Part shown: positions 46,158 through 55,825 of the stretch, in pieces
How the letters are laid out: each line of letters begins with the position of its first letter
How positions within the stretch are numbered: the first letter of the stretch is position 1
Assembly: GCA_964442705.1 (NCBI GenBank)
Contig: CAYUAQ010000004.1
Span: 4,512-68,511, forward strand
Reading direction: 5' to 3'
DNA: 64,000 nt
Source of the DNA: an uncultured Desulfobacteraceae bacterium
Lineage (GTDB): Bacteria; Desulfobacterota; Desulfobacteria; Desulfobacterales; JALSRD01
Made by a program: the position numbers and the translations under genes
The notes under the pieces: model-generated
Seen by the model: only the letters and a program-made list of their open reading frames with translations
Database searches by the model: none
Told to the model about the DNA's origin: nothing

Positions 46158-47981
46158 ATGCCGGTCATTCCTGTTCTACTCTCCTTTTTGCTGTGCCTGG
46201 TGCTGACGCCGGTGGTGAAATATGCCGCCATCCGCCGAGGCTGGATGGCGTACCCCCGCAAGGACCGCTGGCACCAGACGCCCACGGCCCTGCTGGGCGG
46301 CATCGCCATTTACGGCGGTGTCTCCGCCGCGTTTTTCCTGATCATCGATTTCGGCGCCCTGCCCCTGCCCATGGGCGGCGGCGCCTTCCTGCACCCCTCC
46401 CTGCTGGCGGCCGTCACCTGGGCGGGGATGACCTTCCTGTTCCTGCTGGGGCTGCTGGACGATTTCATCAATTTCAAGCCTCACACCAAGCTGGTTGGAC
46501 AGATCCTGACAGCCTCGCTGGTGTCCTTGGTGGGCTTCCGGCTGCACTGGTTCACCTCGCTCACCCTGGACACCATGTTCACGATTTTCTGGATCGTGGG
46601 CATCACCAACGCCTTCAATCTGCTGGACAACATGGACGGCCTGTGCGCCGGTATCGGGTGCGTGGCGGCCGTGTCCCTGGCCACGGTGTTCTGGCCCGCA
46701 CAGCCCCAGGCGGCCGTGATGTGCCTTTCCCTGGCGGGTGCCCTGCTGGCCTTTCTGGTGTACAATTTCAACCCGGCCTCCATTTTCATGGGGGACTGCG
46801 GCAGCATGCCCATCGGCTTTGCCCTGGCGGTGCTGAGCCTCTTTTATTCCGAAACCGCCTCCAGCAACCTGATGGCGTCGCTGGCGGTGCCCATCCTGGT
46901 GATGCTGGTGCCGGTGCTGGACACCAGCCTGGTCACCTTCATCCGCCTGCTCAGTGGACGGGGAGCCTTTGCCGGGGGCCGTGACCACACCTCCCACCGG
47001 CTGGTGCTGATGGGGCTCAGCGAGCGCAGTGCGGTACTGTTTCTCTACCTCATCGGGGCGGTGTCGGGACTGGCGGCCCGCTTCGTCAGCACCAGCGACA
47101 CGCTGACTTCGCCCACGGTGATCATCCCCATTCTGGCGGCCGTGATCCTGATGGCCATCTACCTGGCGCAGCTGCGCGTCTACCCCGAAAAGGAATTTTC
47201 GGTGCTGCGCGACCGCACCTTCACGCCGGTGCTCATCGAGCTGACTTACAAACGGCAGCTGCTGATGGTGATCCTCGACCTGGGCATGGTGGCCTTCGCC
47301 TACTACCTGTCCTATCGGCTGCGCTTCGCCGGCGATGAGTTCGCGATCTTTTTCAAGGTTTTCCTGCGTTCCCTGCCGGCGGTGATCGCCTGCAAGCTGG
47401 CGGCGTTCTTCATCATCGGGGCCTACCGCGGTATCTGGGGCTACATGAGTTCCAACGACGTCATGGTCTACATCAAGGCCTCCACGGTGGGCTCCCTGCT
47501 GTCCATCGTCACGGTGACCTACCTGTTCCGCTTCGAACATTTCTCCAAGGGCATCTTCGTCATCGACTGGCTGCTGACCTCGGCGGCCCTGTTGGGGTCG
47601 CGCGGTTTTTTCCGCCTGACGTCTGATTTCATGAAGCGCAAGACCCTGGGCGGCGAGCGTGTGCTGATTTACGGCGCCGGCCGCGGCGGCGAGATCCTGC
47701 TGCGCGAGGTGCTCAACAACCGCCGGCTGGCGGTGGAGCCGGTGGGGTTCATCGACGACGATCCGGTCAAGACGGGCAAGAAGCTGCAGGGCTTTCCGGT
47801 GCTGGGCACTTTCGAAGATCTAGAACCCCTCGTGGAAAAGCACCATGTCACCGGCCTGGTGGTCTCCTTTGCCGACGCGCCACCGGAGCGCCTGGAAAAG
47901 CTGCGCAGATTCTGCCGGCGCAGGGAGATGCATTTGAAACGCTTCCGCATCACGCTGGAGGACCTGGACACCATCGCATGA
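46158..47981 (+). CDS. WecA/MraY-family polyprenyl-phosphate sugar-phosphate transferase fused to a C-terminal 4-TM + CoA-binding/Rossmann-like domain
   Basis: N-terminal ~330 aa: GT4 signatures (DD.INFKP, NAFNLLDNMDGL, MGDCGS). C-terminus: extra TM helices, then VLIYGAGRGGEILLREV...VGFIDDDP.K.GKK..G.PVLG, as found at the N-terminus of CapD/WbaP-type enzymes. Confidence 0.75.
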   Translation: MPVIPVLLSFLLCLVLTPVVKYAAIRRGWMAYPRKDRWHQTPTALLGGIAIYGGVSAAFFLIIDFGALPLPMGGGAFLHPSLLAAVTWAGMTFLFLLGLLDDFINFKPHTKLVGQILTASLVSLVGFRLHWFTSLTLDTMFTIFWIVGITNAFNLLDNMDGLCAGIGCVAAVSLATVFWPAQPQAAVMCLSLAGALLAFLVYNFNPASIFMGDCGSMPIGFALAVLSLFYSETASSNLMASLAVPILVMLVPVLDTSLVTFIRLLSGRGAFAGGRDHTSHRLVLMGLSERSAVLFLYLIGAVSGLAARFVSTSDTLTSPTVIIPILAAVILMAIYLAQLRVYPEKEFSVLRDRTFTPVLIELTYKRQLLMVILDLGMVAFAYYLSYRLRFAGDEFAIFFKVFLRSLPAVIACKLAAFFIIGAYRGIWGYMSSNDVMVYIKASTVGSLLSIVTVTYLFRFEHFSKGIFVIDWLLTSAALLGSRGFFRLTSDFMKRKTLGGERVLIYGAGRGGEILLREVLNNRRLAVEPVGFIDDDPVKTGKKLQGFPVLGTFEDLEPLVEKHHVTGLVVSFADAPPERLEKLRRFCRRREMHLKRFRITLEDLDTIA

Positions 47982-48979
47982 ATATCCTGGCCATAGAAAC
48001 CTCCTGCGATGAAACCGCCGCCGCCGTGGTGGCCAACGGCCGCCGCGTGCTCTCTTCGGTGGTGGCTTCCCAAGTCGACGTGCACCACCGTTACGGCGGC
48101 GTGGTGCCCGAACTGGCCTCGCGCAAACACATCGAAGCCATCGTGCCGGTGGTGCGCGAAGCACTGGAGCACAGCGGTATCGGTCCGGACAAGCTGGATG
48201 CCGTGGCCGCCACCCGCGGGCCGGGCTTGGTGGGCGCTCTGCTGGTGGGTTTTTCCTTTGCCAAGGCCTATGCCTACGGGCGCCAGCTGCCCTTCGTGGG
48301 AGTCAATCACCTGGCCGGCCACATCAACGCCGTTTTTCTCACCGACGATCCGCCGGTCTTTCCCTTCGTGGCCCTGCTGGTCTCGGGGGGTCATACCGCC
48401 CTGTACCGGGTGTCTTCCCACACGCGCATGCAGCTGATGGGCCAGACCCGCGACGACGCCGCCGGCGAAGCCTTCGACAAGGTGGCCAAGATGATGGGGC
48501 TGGGCTATCCCGGCGGGCACGTCATCGGCGAGATGGCCGCCCGGGGCAACCCGGATGCCATCGCCTTTCCGCGTTCCTACCTGGACAGGAAGGGTTTCGA
48601 CTTCAGCTTCAGCGGTTTGAAGACCGCGGTGCGGCGCTACCTGCAGCTGCACGCGGACACCTTCCGCGACCACATGGACGACATTGCTGCCGGGTTCCAG
48701 GAGTCCGTGGTGGACGTGCTCAGCTTCAAGCTCATGCAGGCCGCCCGGCACACCGGTTGCCCGCGCGTGGTGCTGGCAGGGGGGGTGGCCGCCAACCGGC
48801 GGCTGCGCGAAAGGGTCACCGCCGAGGCGGCGCAACAGGGCCTTGAGGTGCACCTTACGCCCGTTTCCCTGTGCGGGGACAACGCCGCCATGATCGCCGC
48901 GGCCGCCTTCCACGAACTGCGGGCCGGCACCGACACCCCCCTAGGCGCCGACGTTTTTTCCAGGGCCCGGCTCGGCTAG
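47978..48979 (+). CDS. tsaD: tRNA N6-adenosine threonylcarbamoyltransferase
   Basis: ILAIETSCDETAAAV, HH.YGGVVPELASR.H, GGHT and GGVAAN are canonical TsaD/Kae1 motifs. The start overlaps the upstream stop (ATGA). Confidence 0.95.
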   Translation: MNILAIETSCDETAAAVVANGRRVLSSVVASQVDVHHRYGGVVPELASRKHIEAIVPVVREALEHSGIGPDKLDAVAATRGPGLVGALLVGFSFAKAYAYGRQLPFVGVNHLAGHINAVFLTDDPPVFPFVALLVSGGHTALYRVSSHTRMQLMGQTRDDAAGEAFDKVAKMMGLGYPGGHVIGEMAARGNPDAIAFPRSYLDRKGFDFSFSGLKTAVRRYLQLHADTFRDHMDDIAAGFQESVVDVLSFKLMQAARHTGCPRVVLAGGVAANRRLRERVTAEAAQQGLEVHLTPVSLCGDNAAMIAAAAFHELRAGTDTPLGADVFSRARLG

Positions 48980-49557
48980 TTTTTCGTATAGTATGAACTT
49001 TTTGTAACAAATTATTGCTTTCTTACCATACTTCTATTACCTTCTTTACATAGTTTTTTTGAAAAACCATAAGTATAGTGTGTCACATTGTACTTATACA
49101 ATATATTGATTTGCACATTTATTGCATATCATATTGTATGGTTAGGTTAAACTTCTTCACCCGTTTACTGGTTTATCTAAATTTACCTCGAGGAGGACAA
49201 CCTTACCCCGAATTTGGGGCTTGCTGCCGAATCGAATCAGATAGCGTGGCAATATGTACGGAGCATCTAAAATAAAAAATACCAATTTTCTGGACGTATT
49301 CTGAGCGCAAACTCTCCCTCCCGGCTTAAACCGATTTTCTGAATCATCCATGGGCAAGGCTTTTCCCTCCTGATCTGATAAATGCCACGCTTTTTCACGG
49401 TGGATTTCCTCCTTAATTTTCAATGGTGGCCGGAAATACATAGACGGATAGACCTACGAGGGACACCCCGCAGGGTCACGCGTCTCCCCGACATTTGTAT
49501 CTCCGAATGTAACAGATGTTACCGTAGATACTGATTGATACTCCAAAGGGGGCCTTT

Positions 49558-50454
49558 ATGAGACGTTCTCCCATAATCAGCCAACTCATTGTTATTTTGA
49601 TTCTTGGGCTATGGTCTTTACAGAGTGAGCATGTTCATGCGCAGTCGGTTGAGAAGCCGCGCATCGCTATAAAAACACCACTTTTGGGGGAAGGTGTAAG
49701 TAAGAATACCCGCAAGCACCTCAATATTTCACAGCTCCTTGCGGAAATGGAAGCTTCCCTGCGAGCAACAAGAAAATTTGAAGTCCTCACTCGGCAGGAA
49801 AAGACCCTTGAAACGATTCGTGAGGAGCAAAAGTTTGCGGAGTCTGATTTCGCCAAAGGGAACGCAGCCCACCGGGGACAATTAGAGAATGCCAACTTCT
49901 TTGTCATCCCCACCGTTCAAAATTTTAAATTCTACCGTTCTATAAGACCAGTTCCAAACATTGCCAACAAGTTTATACGCCGGGATTCAGGATTGCTCGA
50001 GATTACTGTTCAGACAGTGGATACGACGACAGGAGCGATCAAGGCGACATTTTATTTGAAAAGTTCCTTTGCCACTAAAGACATGGTCGTCAACAGCAGG
50101 GGCGGATCCCCAAGCTCCGTTCACTTTGTAAAGATGGCGAAGACAGTATCTGCACAGATGGCAGACCAGTTGATTGACACGGTATTTCCCATGCGGGTGC
50201 TGAACAGAACGGCAAATCAGGTGTGGATAAACCGGGGGAAGGATGGAGGCTTAAAAGCTGGTGATATCCTGAACGTCTATCGTCCCGGTGAGGAACTGAT
50301 CGACCCCGACACGGGTGAAAGGCTGGGTTCGGCTGAAGTACTGGTTGGCAAAATTAAAGTGACGCGAGTTAATCCTAAATTTACCGTGGCTGAAATCCAG
50401 TCTAAAGATACCCAGGGGTCAATAGAAAAGGGCGACATAGTCCGAAAACCCTAG
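49558..50454 (+). CDS. Secreted protein: LpoB/CsgG/TolB-N-like alpha/beta domain + C-terminal small beta-barrel (FlgT-C-like) domain
   Basis: RBS AAAGGGGG. Sec signal ...LWSLQSEHVHAQS. Motifs RIAIKTP..., RKFEVLTRQE, ANFFVIPTVQNF, LLEITVQTVDTTTGAIKAT. The barrel is VWINRGKDGGLKAGDILNVYRPGEELIDPDTGERLGSAEVLVGKIKV...GDIVRK. Confidence 0.6.
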   Translation: MRRSPIISQLIVILILGLWSLQSEHVHAQSVEKPRIAIKTPLLGEGVSKNTRKHLNISQLLAEMEASLRATRKFEVLTRQEKTLETIREEQKFAESDFAKGNAAHRGQLENANFFVIPTVQNFKFYRSIRPVPNIANKFIRRDSGLLEITVQTVDTTTGAIKATFYLKSSFATKDMVVNSRGGSPSSVHFVKMAKTVSAQMADQLIDTVFPMRVLNRTANQVWINRGKDGGLKAGDILNVYRPGEELIDPDTGERLGSAEVLVGKIKVTRVNPKFTVAEIQSKDTQGSIEKGDIVRKP

Positions 50455-50492
50455 TGGCATCCAACGGCATAATTCTGAGAATGGAGCGTGCC

Positions 50493-53390
50493 ATGAAAAT
50501 CCATACCCAAACGATTATTGCACTGTCGTTTACGGTTTTTCTTTTTGCCAGCATTACCGGTACCAGCCGGTCGAAAGCCGAGACTTCCAAACCCAGTGCA
50601 TTGTCTTCTCATGAAAAAAAATTAAGGATTGCCGTTATCGGACACTCGGACTTTCTCCCGGACCGGACCGGGATACATAACAGGTGTGTCATCGGGCTTC
50701 CCGATGTTCTTGCAGCACGAATCCTTGAACATCTTACCAACAGCAAGCGCTTCGTTCCGGTGGAAAGAAAAGCGCTCCGCAAGGTTGTATTGGAACAGCG
50801 TTTCGGACAGGACCTGCGAAAAACTTATCTTGACCGCACCTTGGATAAGGCCATCGTAGAAATGGAAGAGATGGCCGGTGGAATGGTGAAGGGGACCGCA
50901 AGTGAAATCCAGGCAAAGACAGGGTCTATAGGTATCGGCGTTAAAAAGACATCGCCGGTCGAACCGAGGCCTGTCGGGGGCGGAATCGCAAAAGGGACCG
51001 GGGATGTCGGCACAACGGGAACGCTGGCCAATTATAACGACATCCTGAAGGATTTTCAGGATCTCGGCACTGCGGTCGGTGCTGATTATCTCGTTTTGGG
51101 TAATCTCGAAAAACTCACCCGGAAAACAAGGGAGATTGCCGTACCGTACAGCAGTGAAGGGCGAAAAGTCCGTAAAAACATCGTTGACGCCCGTCTGCGT
51201 TTGCGCGTCATCGAAGTCAACTCTGGGATGATAGTGGGCGCCACCAGCCTTCGCACCAAGATGGCTGAAACAATATTTGAGGGCAGGGAGACCGACACGG
51301 ACGCGTATTCAATTTTCGACCATTTGGGCCGGTTGGCGGCAGTCAACATCCTGGATGCAACCTTCCCGGCCAGAATCGTGAGCGTGGAACCGCTGATCTT
51401 GTCCCGAGGAACGAACGACGGCGCCAGAGTAGGAGACGTTTATGTGATTCAACATGAGGGCAAAGAGATCAGGGATGATTCCGGCGTGGTCATCGGCCGA
51501 CTGAAGATCGATGTCGGCAGGGTGGAAATCCAGGCTCCGCAAAATACATTGTCTGTCCTCAAACCGATCACCAAGGGGAATTTCGCCAAGGGGGATCTTG
51601 CCGTTCTTGATGTCAAGGCCACCGAAGCGAAACCCGCAGATGTCCCCTCATCGTCGACCGTTCCCCTGACCGGACGTAATGCCGGAATGCGTTCATCTGA
51701 AAAACGACTTCCCCGCGTGGCCGTCGGTTTGATCAAATCCGGATCCACGGAACGGCCAACCAAGGGTAAAGAGCGACATGTCGTCATATTTACCGACACC
51801 ATCATTTCACGCCTGGCTCAGACCAAGCGCTTTCAACTAATCGACCGCCAGGAAGTTGACCAGCTTCTCACCGAGCAACTGGCCCAGGCATTGGCCGAAA
51901 ACCGCGACATGGCCAGCGCCATGGGAACCCTGAGAGGAGCGGATTATTTCGTGTACGGCAGTTTGGCAGATATTGATATCAGAGAATCAAGCACCAGATT
52001 GCCGGGATCTTCCCGCATTTTCAAAAGAAAAATCGGTTATGCCGAGGGAAACATGCGTATCGTGGATGTCCGCAGCGGCGATGTTTTGGAATCGCGCAAG
52101 GTATCCGTTAAAGAAATCCTTGAGCCCGGGGCGAAGGGCAGCCGGAATCTCGCCCTGCTTGCCGATGCCTATGCCGAACAGGTTGTTTTGAACTTGATGA
52201 ATGCGGTTTATCCCATCAAGGTTGCCGCCGTGGGTGAGGATGGAAGCGTATACATCAACCGCGGAGATGATGGCGGTCTCTTTGTCGGTGAGCACTTGGA
52301 CGTCTTCAGACCCGGACCGCCGGTAATAGACCCTGACACCGGTGTCCAGCTGGGCGTTGAAGAGACCCTGGTCGGACAGGTTGAGCTTAGCGATGTCGAA
52401 GATGCCAGGAGCAAAGGATTTCTTGTCGCGGGTGGTGGAATCCTCGCCGGCGATATTCTGAAACGCACAGCAAATAATCGGGAGAAACGCGCCGCCCAGG
52501 CAAAGAGCCCTGCACCATCTACAAGTGGAGCGACACTGCCCGGCGTTTCAAGGCCTCCCGGTGAAAAAAAGAAGAGCGGTAAAGCAACGCTGGCTGTGGG
52601 GATGCTCAGATTTAACAAAACCGCCCGAAAAGATGGATTGGGTCAGGGACACATCGAACGCATGACAGACGACTTGATTGTCAAGCTCACAAACACAAAC
52701 CGGTTTTTGTTGTTGGAGCGGCAGGAGGTCGATCAGGTACTGGATGAAAAGGCTTTCGATGCGGTTGTATCCGGAGGCGATATTCATGATCGGCTCCAGG
52801 AACTGGTTGGAGCGGATTATTTGATTCATGGCGAGATCTCAAATCTGTACACAACCACGCAAAGAAAAAGGGTGCCCTATTTGAATGAAGAACAAATCCT
52901 TGTCCACGGTATTGCCGAAGGCACCTTTCGAATCGTTGACGTGCATACCGGAGGTGTTGTCGCCGCGGACAAGGTGCGGATCGATAAACGGATAAAATCG
53001 GGTCGTGACACTACCCGGGTGATCAGTGATCTGATGGACGACTTTACAACCAAGGCTGTCAGCCTGATCGTGGAACGGCTTTACCCGATCAGGGTATTGG
53101 GGGTGACCGCCGACGGCAGCGTGTATCTGAACCGGGGTGCGGACGGCGGCTTGAAGAAAGGAGCCATATTCGCGGTGATGCGGCCGGGGAAAGAATTGGT
53201 GGATATGGACACCGGCCTTTCATTCGGAAAAGCCGAGATAAAGGTTGCTTCGGTGAAAATAGTGGCCGTGGAGGCGTCTCGCGCAAAGGCAGCGGTTGTC
53301 AGCCTCGGAAGTGATGTAAGGGCCGGCGATATTCTGCGAAAGATGCAGACAGCTGTCGAGAAGAAACCCGTTTTAAGCCCTTCATGGTAG
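50493..53390 (+). CDS. Large secreted protein made of three tandem [LpoB/CsgG-like domain + beta-barrel] modules
   Basis: Signal-like N-terminus MKIHTQTIIALSFTVFLFASITG, then three copies of the module seen in the preceding gene (see the repeat feature). The start could be 50454, 50481 or 50493. Confidence 0.6.
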   Translation: MKIHTQTIIALSFTVFLFASITGTSRSKAETSKPSALSSHEKKLRIAVIGHSDFLPDRTGIHNRCVIGLPDVLAARILEHLTNSKRFVPVERKALRKVVLEQRFGQDLRKTYLDRTLDKAIVEMEEMAGGMVKGTASEIQAKTGSIGIGVKKTSPVEPRPVGGGIAKGTGDVGTTGTLANYNDILKDFQDLGTAVGADYLVLGNLEKLTRKTREIAVPYSSEGRKVRKNIVDARLRLRVIEVNSGMIVGATSLRTKMAETIFEGRETDTDAYSIFDHLGRLAAVNILDATFPARIVSVEPLILSRGTNDGARVGDVYVIQHEGKEIRDDSGVVIGRLKIDVGRVEIQAPQNTLSVLKPITKGNFAKGDLAVLDVKATEAKPADVPSSSTVPLTGRNAGMRSSEKRLPRVAVGLIKSGSTERPTKGKERHVVIFTDTIISRLAQTKRFQLIDRQEVDQLLTEQLAQALAENRDMASAMGTLRGADYFVYGSLADIDIRESSTRLPGSSRIFKRKIGYAEGNMRIVDVRSGDVLESRKVSVKEILEPGAKGSRNLALLADAYAEQVVLNLMNAVYPIKVAAVGEDGSVYINRGDDGGLFVGEHLDVFRPGPPVIDPDTGVQLGVEETLVGQVELSDVEDARSKGFLVAGGGILAGDILKRTANNREKRAAQAKSPAPSTSGATLPGVSRPPGEKKKSGKATLAVGMLRFNKTARKDGLGQGHIERMTDDLIVKLTNTNRFLLLERQEVDQVLDEKAFDAVVSGGDIHDRLQELVGADYLIHGEISNLYTTTQRKRVPYLNEEQILVHGIAEGTFRIVDVHTGGVVAADKVRIDKRIKSGRDTTRVISDLMDDFTTKAVSLIVERLYPIRVLGVTADGSVYLNRGADGGLKKGAIFAVMRPGKELVDMDTGLSFGKAEIKVASVKIVAVEASRAKAAVVSLGSDVRAGDILRKMQTAVEKKPVLSPSW
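50619..53342 (+). repeat. Three tandem protein-level modules (approx. nt 50619-51611, 51708-52463, 52578-53342)
   Basis: Recurrent motifs per module: KRFVPVERKALRKVVLEQ / KRFQLIDRQEVDQLLTEQ / NRFLLLERQEVDQVLDEK; ADYLVLGNLEKL / ADYFVYGSLADI / ADYLIHGEISNL; RLRVIEVNSGMIVGA / NMRIVDVRSGDVLES / TFRIVDVHTGGVVAA. Barrels: VYINRGDDGGLFVGEHLDVFRPGPPVIDPDTGVQLG / VYLNRGADGGLKKGAIFAVMRPGKELVDMDTGLSFG; module 1 is more diverged. Confidence 0.7.
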
Positions 53391-53441
53391 GCGGCGGGTA
53401 AGTCGCACTGTTTGGATCTGGCGCGTTCGGGTTTGGCGGAT

Positions 53442-55292
53442 ATGAAAAGCAGAAGAGCTGCACTCACATTGGTCTGTTTCGTCACTTTTCTATTCACGGG
53501 CTGCCTGACCACTCGCCGGGTGGGCAATCCAGGTAGCAGTGGTTTCTATCAATTCATCAGGCCCTTCCCGGCACCCCGGCAACCGATAGCGAAGAGCCCA
53601 ATACCCGGCACAGGATATCATACGCCTTCGACAGTCAGCGACCCAACGAGGAAGCAGGTGATTTATTCCGGCTATTCCAGAGCATTTATACCTGTAAAAA
53701 AATTAATTGTATCGGGGAAGATCGAAGAGGCTGCCGGAATTTATTCCCAAAAAAACAAAAAGAGTCCATTCACCTTTGGCATCGAGAACTTAAAAAAGGG
53801 AATGAAGGGCCCCAGGGTTGCTGAAGTGCAGAACTGCCTGAAAGTCAAGGGGTTCGACGTAGGATCCGTCGATGGTGTGTATGGGCCTGCCACGAAAGCG
53901 GCGGTCATGCGGTTTCAACGTAAAAACGGGTTGAAGGCGAGTGGCATTGTCGATCCGGCCACATGGAACATTCTTCACAGGGACCTCCCACCAAGCTTCG
54001 CGGTAGAAGAGTTTCCCGGAACTGCGAGAATATGTCTTTTAAGATCAAAAGAGCTGGCTAATTTGGAGGGGGGAACCCTGGCGCTTGATTGTGGTGCTTT
54101 TGACGAGGCGGTGGAGAGATTTTCGGATGCAGAGGATCTGTTCGCAAGACAAGAGAGAGGGGGTAAAGTCTGGTCGTGGTTAAAAAAGTGGTTAACTTTT
54201 TTAGGGGAAACCGTATCGGGCGACGAAGAATTTCAGCCTTATGCAGGCGAAGGGTATGAGAGGGTGCTCATGCTCAACTATAAGAGCATTGCCTATCTGC
54301 TGCAGGGGGACCGAAAAGCGTATAATGTTACTCGGCGTGCCATCAACTGGCAGAACATTGAGAAAAAGCGTTTTGAAAAACAACTGAGGGAAGTCAAGAG
54401 GAAACTGGCCGAAAAAGAAGCCGAGGAAAAATCAAAGGACAAAGACTTCGATGTGTTCAATATCCGGAAGGTTGTGGCAGAGGAATATACCGCCACGGAC
54501 TCCCGGGCGATTTCTGTACCCAATGCATATGTCAATCCTTTCGGGTTTTATGTCGCCGGTATGATACAGGAATTCGAAAGCCGGGACGATATCAACCTGC
54601 GCGACAATGCGAGGATTTCATACAGGAAAGCACTCGAGTTGAATCCTGCCAGCAGAGTGATCAAAAAAGCCGTGCAGGAACTCCAAAAACCCTCTGCACC
54701 AATGAAAAAACGGCTGGTGCATGTGGTATTGGCGGACGGGTTCGTTCCGGAAAAAAAACTCCTGATTCTGCCACTCCCCTTAAGAATCGCTCCAATCCCA
54801 ATTAAATTGCCGATCTATCAACCGGTCCCCTCACGGGTCCACCGTGCCGTGGTTTACGACGGAAGGGGAAGAAAATTGGCCACTCTGTCAGCCGTCGCGG
54901 ACATAGAGGCCATTTGTCTTCGACATCAGAAAGATTCCGAACCCTTTCGTTACTTCCGGACGTTGCTGGCCACGGGCCGTTCGTATCTGATTTCAGGTTT
55001 TCTGAGCCAAGTAGGTGCTTTCGGTAACCACGCGGCAAAGGCCATCGTGGAAATGGCAACACCGGACATGCGGTCATGGATGTCCCTGCCGGCAACGATT
55101 CAGGCGGCACGGTTTTATATTCCGAAAAATGAGAAAAAAATAAGGATCACGACCTATGACGCCAAGGGAAAACGCCTGGCATCCAAAAGCGTTGTCCTCG
55201 ACACCTCGGGTGATAATTTTGTCTATGTGCGAAGCCTGGATAACATTTTATATGCACACGCCAATCGGAGAATGTGGCTGGCATCGAAATAG
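53442..55292 (+). CDS. Lipoprotein with peptidoglycan-binding (PG_binding_1) domain and large helical C-terminal region (COG3014-like, tentative)
   Basis: Lipobox LFTGC. PG-binding repeat GPRVAEVQNCLKVKGFDVGSVDGVYGPATKAAVMRFQRKNGLKASGIVDPATW. The helical/TPR-like body has EGYERVLMLNYKSIAYLLQGD.KAYNVTRRA, which I associate with the uncharacterised COG3014 family. Confidence 0.55.
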   Translation: MKSRRAALTLVCFVTFLFTGCLTTRRVGNPGSSGFYQFIRPFPAPRQPIAKSPIPGTGYHTPSTVSDPTRKQVIYSGYSRAFIPVKKLIVSGKIEEAAGIYSQKNKKSPFTFGIENLKKGMKGPRVAEVQNCLKVKGFDVGSVDGVYGPATKAAVMRFQRKNGLKASGIVDPATWNILHRDLPPSFAVEEFPGTARICLLRSKELANLEGGTLALDCGAFDEAVERFSDAEDLFARQERGGKVWSWLKKWLTFLGETVSGDEEFQPYAGEGYERVLMLNYKSIAYLLQGDRKAYNVTRRAINWQNIEKKRFEKQLREVKRKLAEKEAEEKSKDKDFDVFNIRKVVAEEYTATDSRAISVPNAYVNPFGFYVAGMIQEFESRDDINLRDNARISYRKALELNPASRVIKKAVQELQKPSAPMKKRLVHVVLADGFVPEKKLLILPLPLRIAPIPIKLPIYQPVPSRVHRAVVYDGRGRKLATLSAVADIEAICLRHQKDSEPFRYFRTLLATGRSYLISGFLSQVGAFGNHAAKAIVEMATPDMRSWMSLPATIQAARFYIPKNEKKIRITTYDAKGKRLASKSVVLDTSGDNFVYVRSLDNILYAHANRRMWLASK

Positions 55293-55309
55293 GAGGGAGA
55301 GGGAAGACC

Positions 55310-55801
55310 ATGAAACTGGGGAAACTCATCATACGGGCTGGCGGGTTGTTGGTAATCGCAGTTGTTTTTGGATGTACCCCGGCAGTCAAGCCGGCGGCAG
55401 AACAGCGGGTAGTGCCTCCAGCGCCGGCCAAACAGCAGCCGGTTGCTCCGGTTGCTCCGGCGACGACGGACACCAGTCACCCGCGCGCCAAGTTGATTGT
55501 CGGTTCCGGGCAGCTTGCGGGCAAGGTCGTAATCACCGATCCCAGGTTTCGGTCTGTGGGCCGGCTCAACCAGGCCGAAGTCACGGTAAAAAATTTAACG
55601 GAAACCCGCTATGCCTTGGAGTACAAATTCGAATGGCAAGACAAGCAGGGCTTTTCCATAGACAGCGGTAACGTTTGGCATCCTTTTACACTCACTCCGC
55701 TGCAAACCCGGCGATTTCAGTCAACCGGTAAAACACCGCAGGCGTCGGCGATCATTTTCATGATCCGTTTTCCCGACGATGCGTTCAGTGAATCGTATTG
55801 A
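55310..55801 (+). CDS. YcfL-family (DUF1425) lipoprotein
   Basis: RBS GGAGGGAGAGGGAAG. Lipobox VVFGC. Pro/Ala linker. Then ..VVITDPRFRSVGRLNQAEVTVKNLTETRYALEYKFEWQDKQGFSID, the typical YcfL pattern. Confidence 0.6.
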   Translation: MKLGKLIIRAGGLLVIAVVFGCTPAVKPAAEQRVVPPAPAKQQPVAPVAPATTDTSHPRAKLIVGSGQLAGKVVITDPRFRSVGRLNQAEVTVKNLTETRYALEYKFEWQDKQGFSIDSGNVWHPFTLTPLQTRRFQSTGKTPQASAIIFMIRFPDDAFSESY

Positions 55802-55825
55802 GGTCAAGCCAAAGGAGAGTTGGAG

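Noticed and set aside
49157-49441. 94-aa minus-strand ORF and the 65-aa plus-strand ORF (49078-49275) inside the AT-rich leader of the envelope island.
   Set aside because: Neither has an RBS or recognisable motifs, and both have odd composition. They are most likely chance ORFs in AT-rich non-coding DNA.
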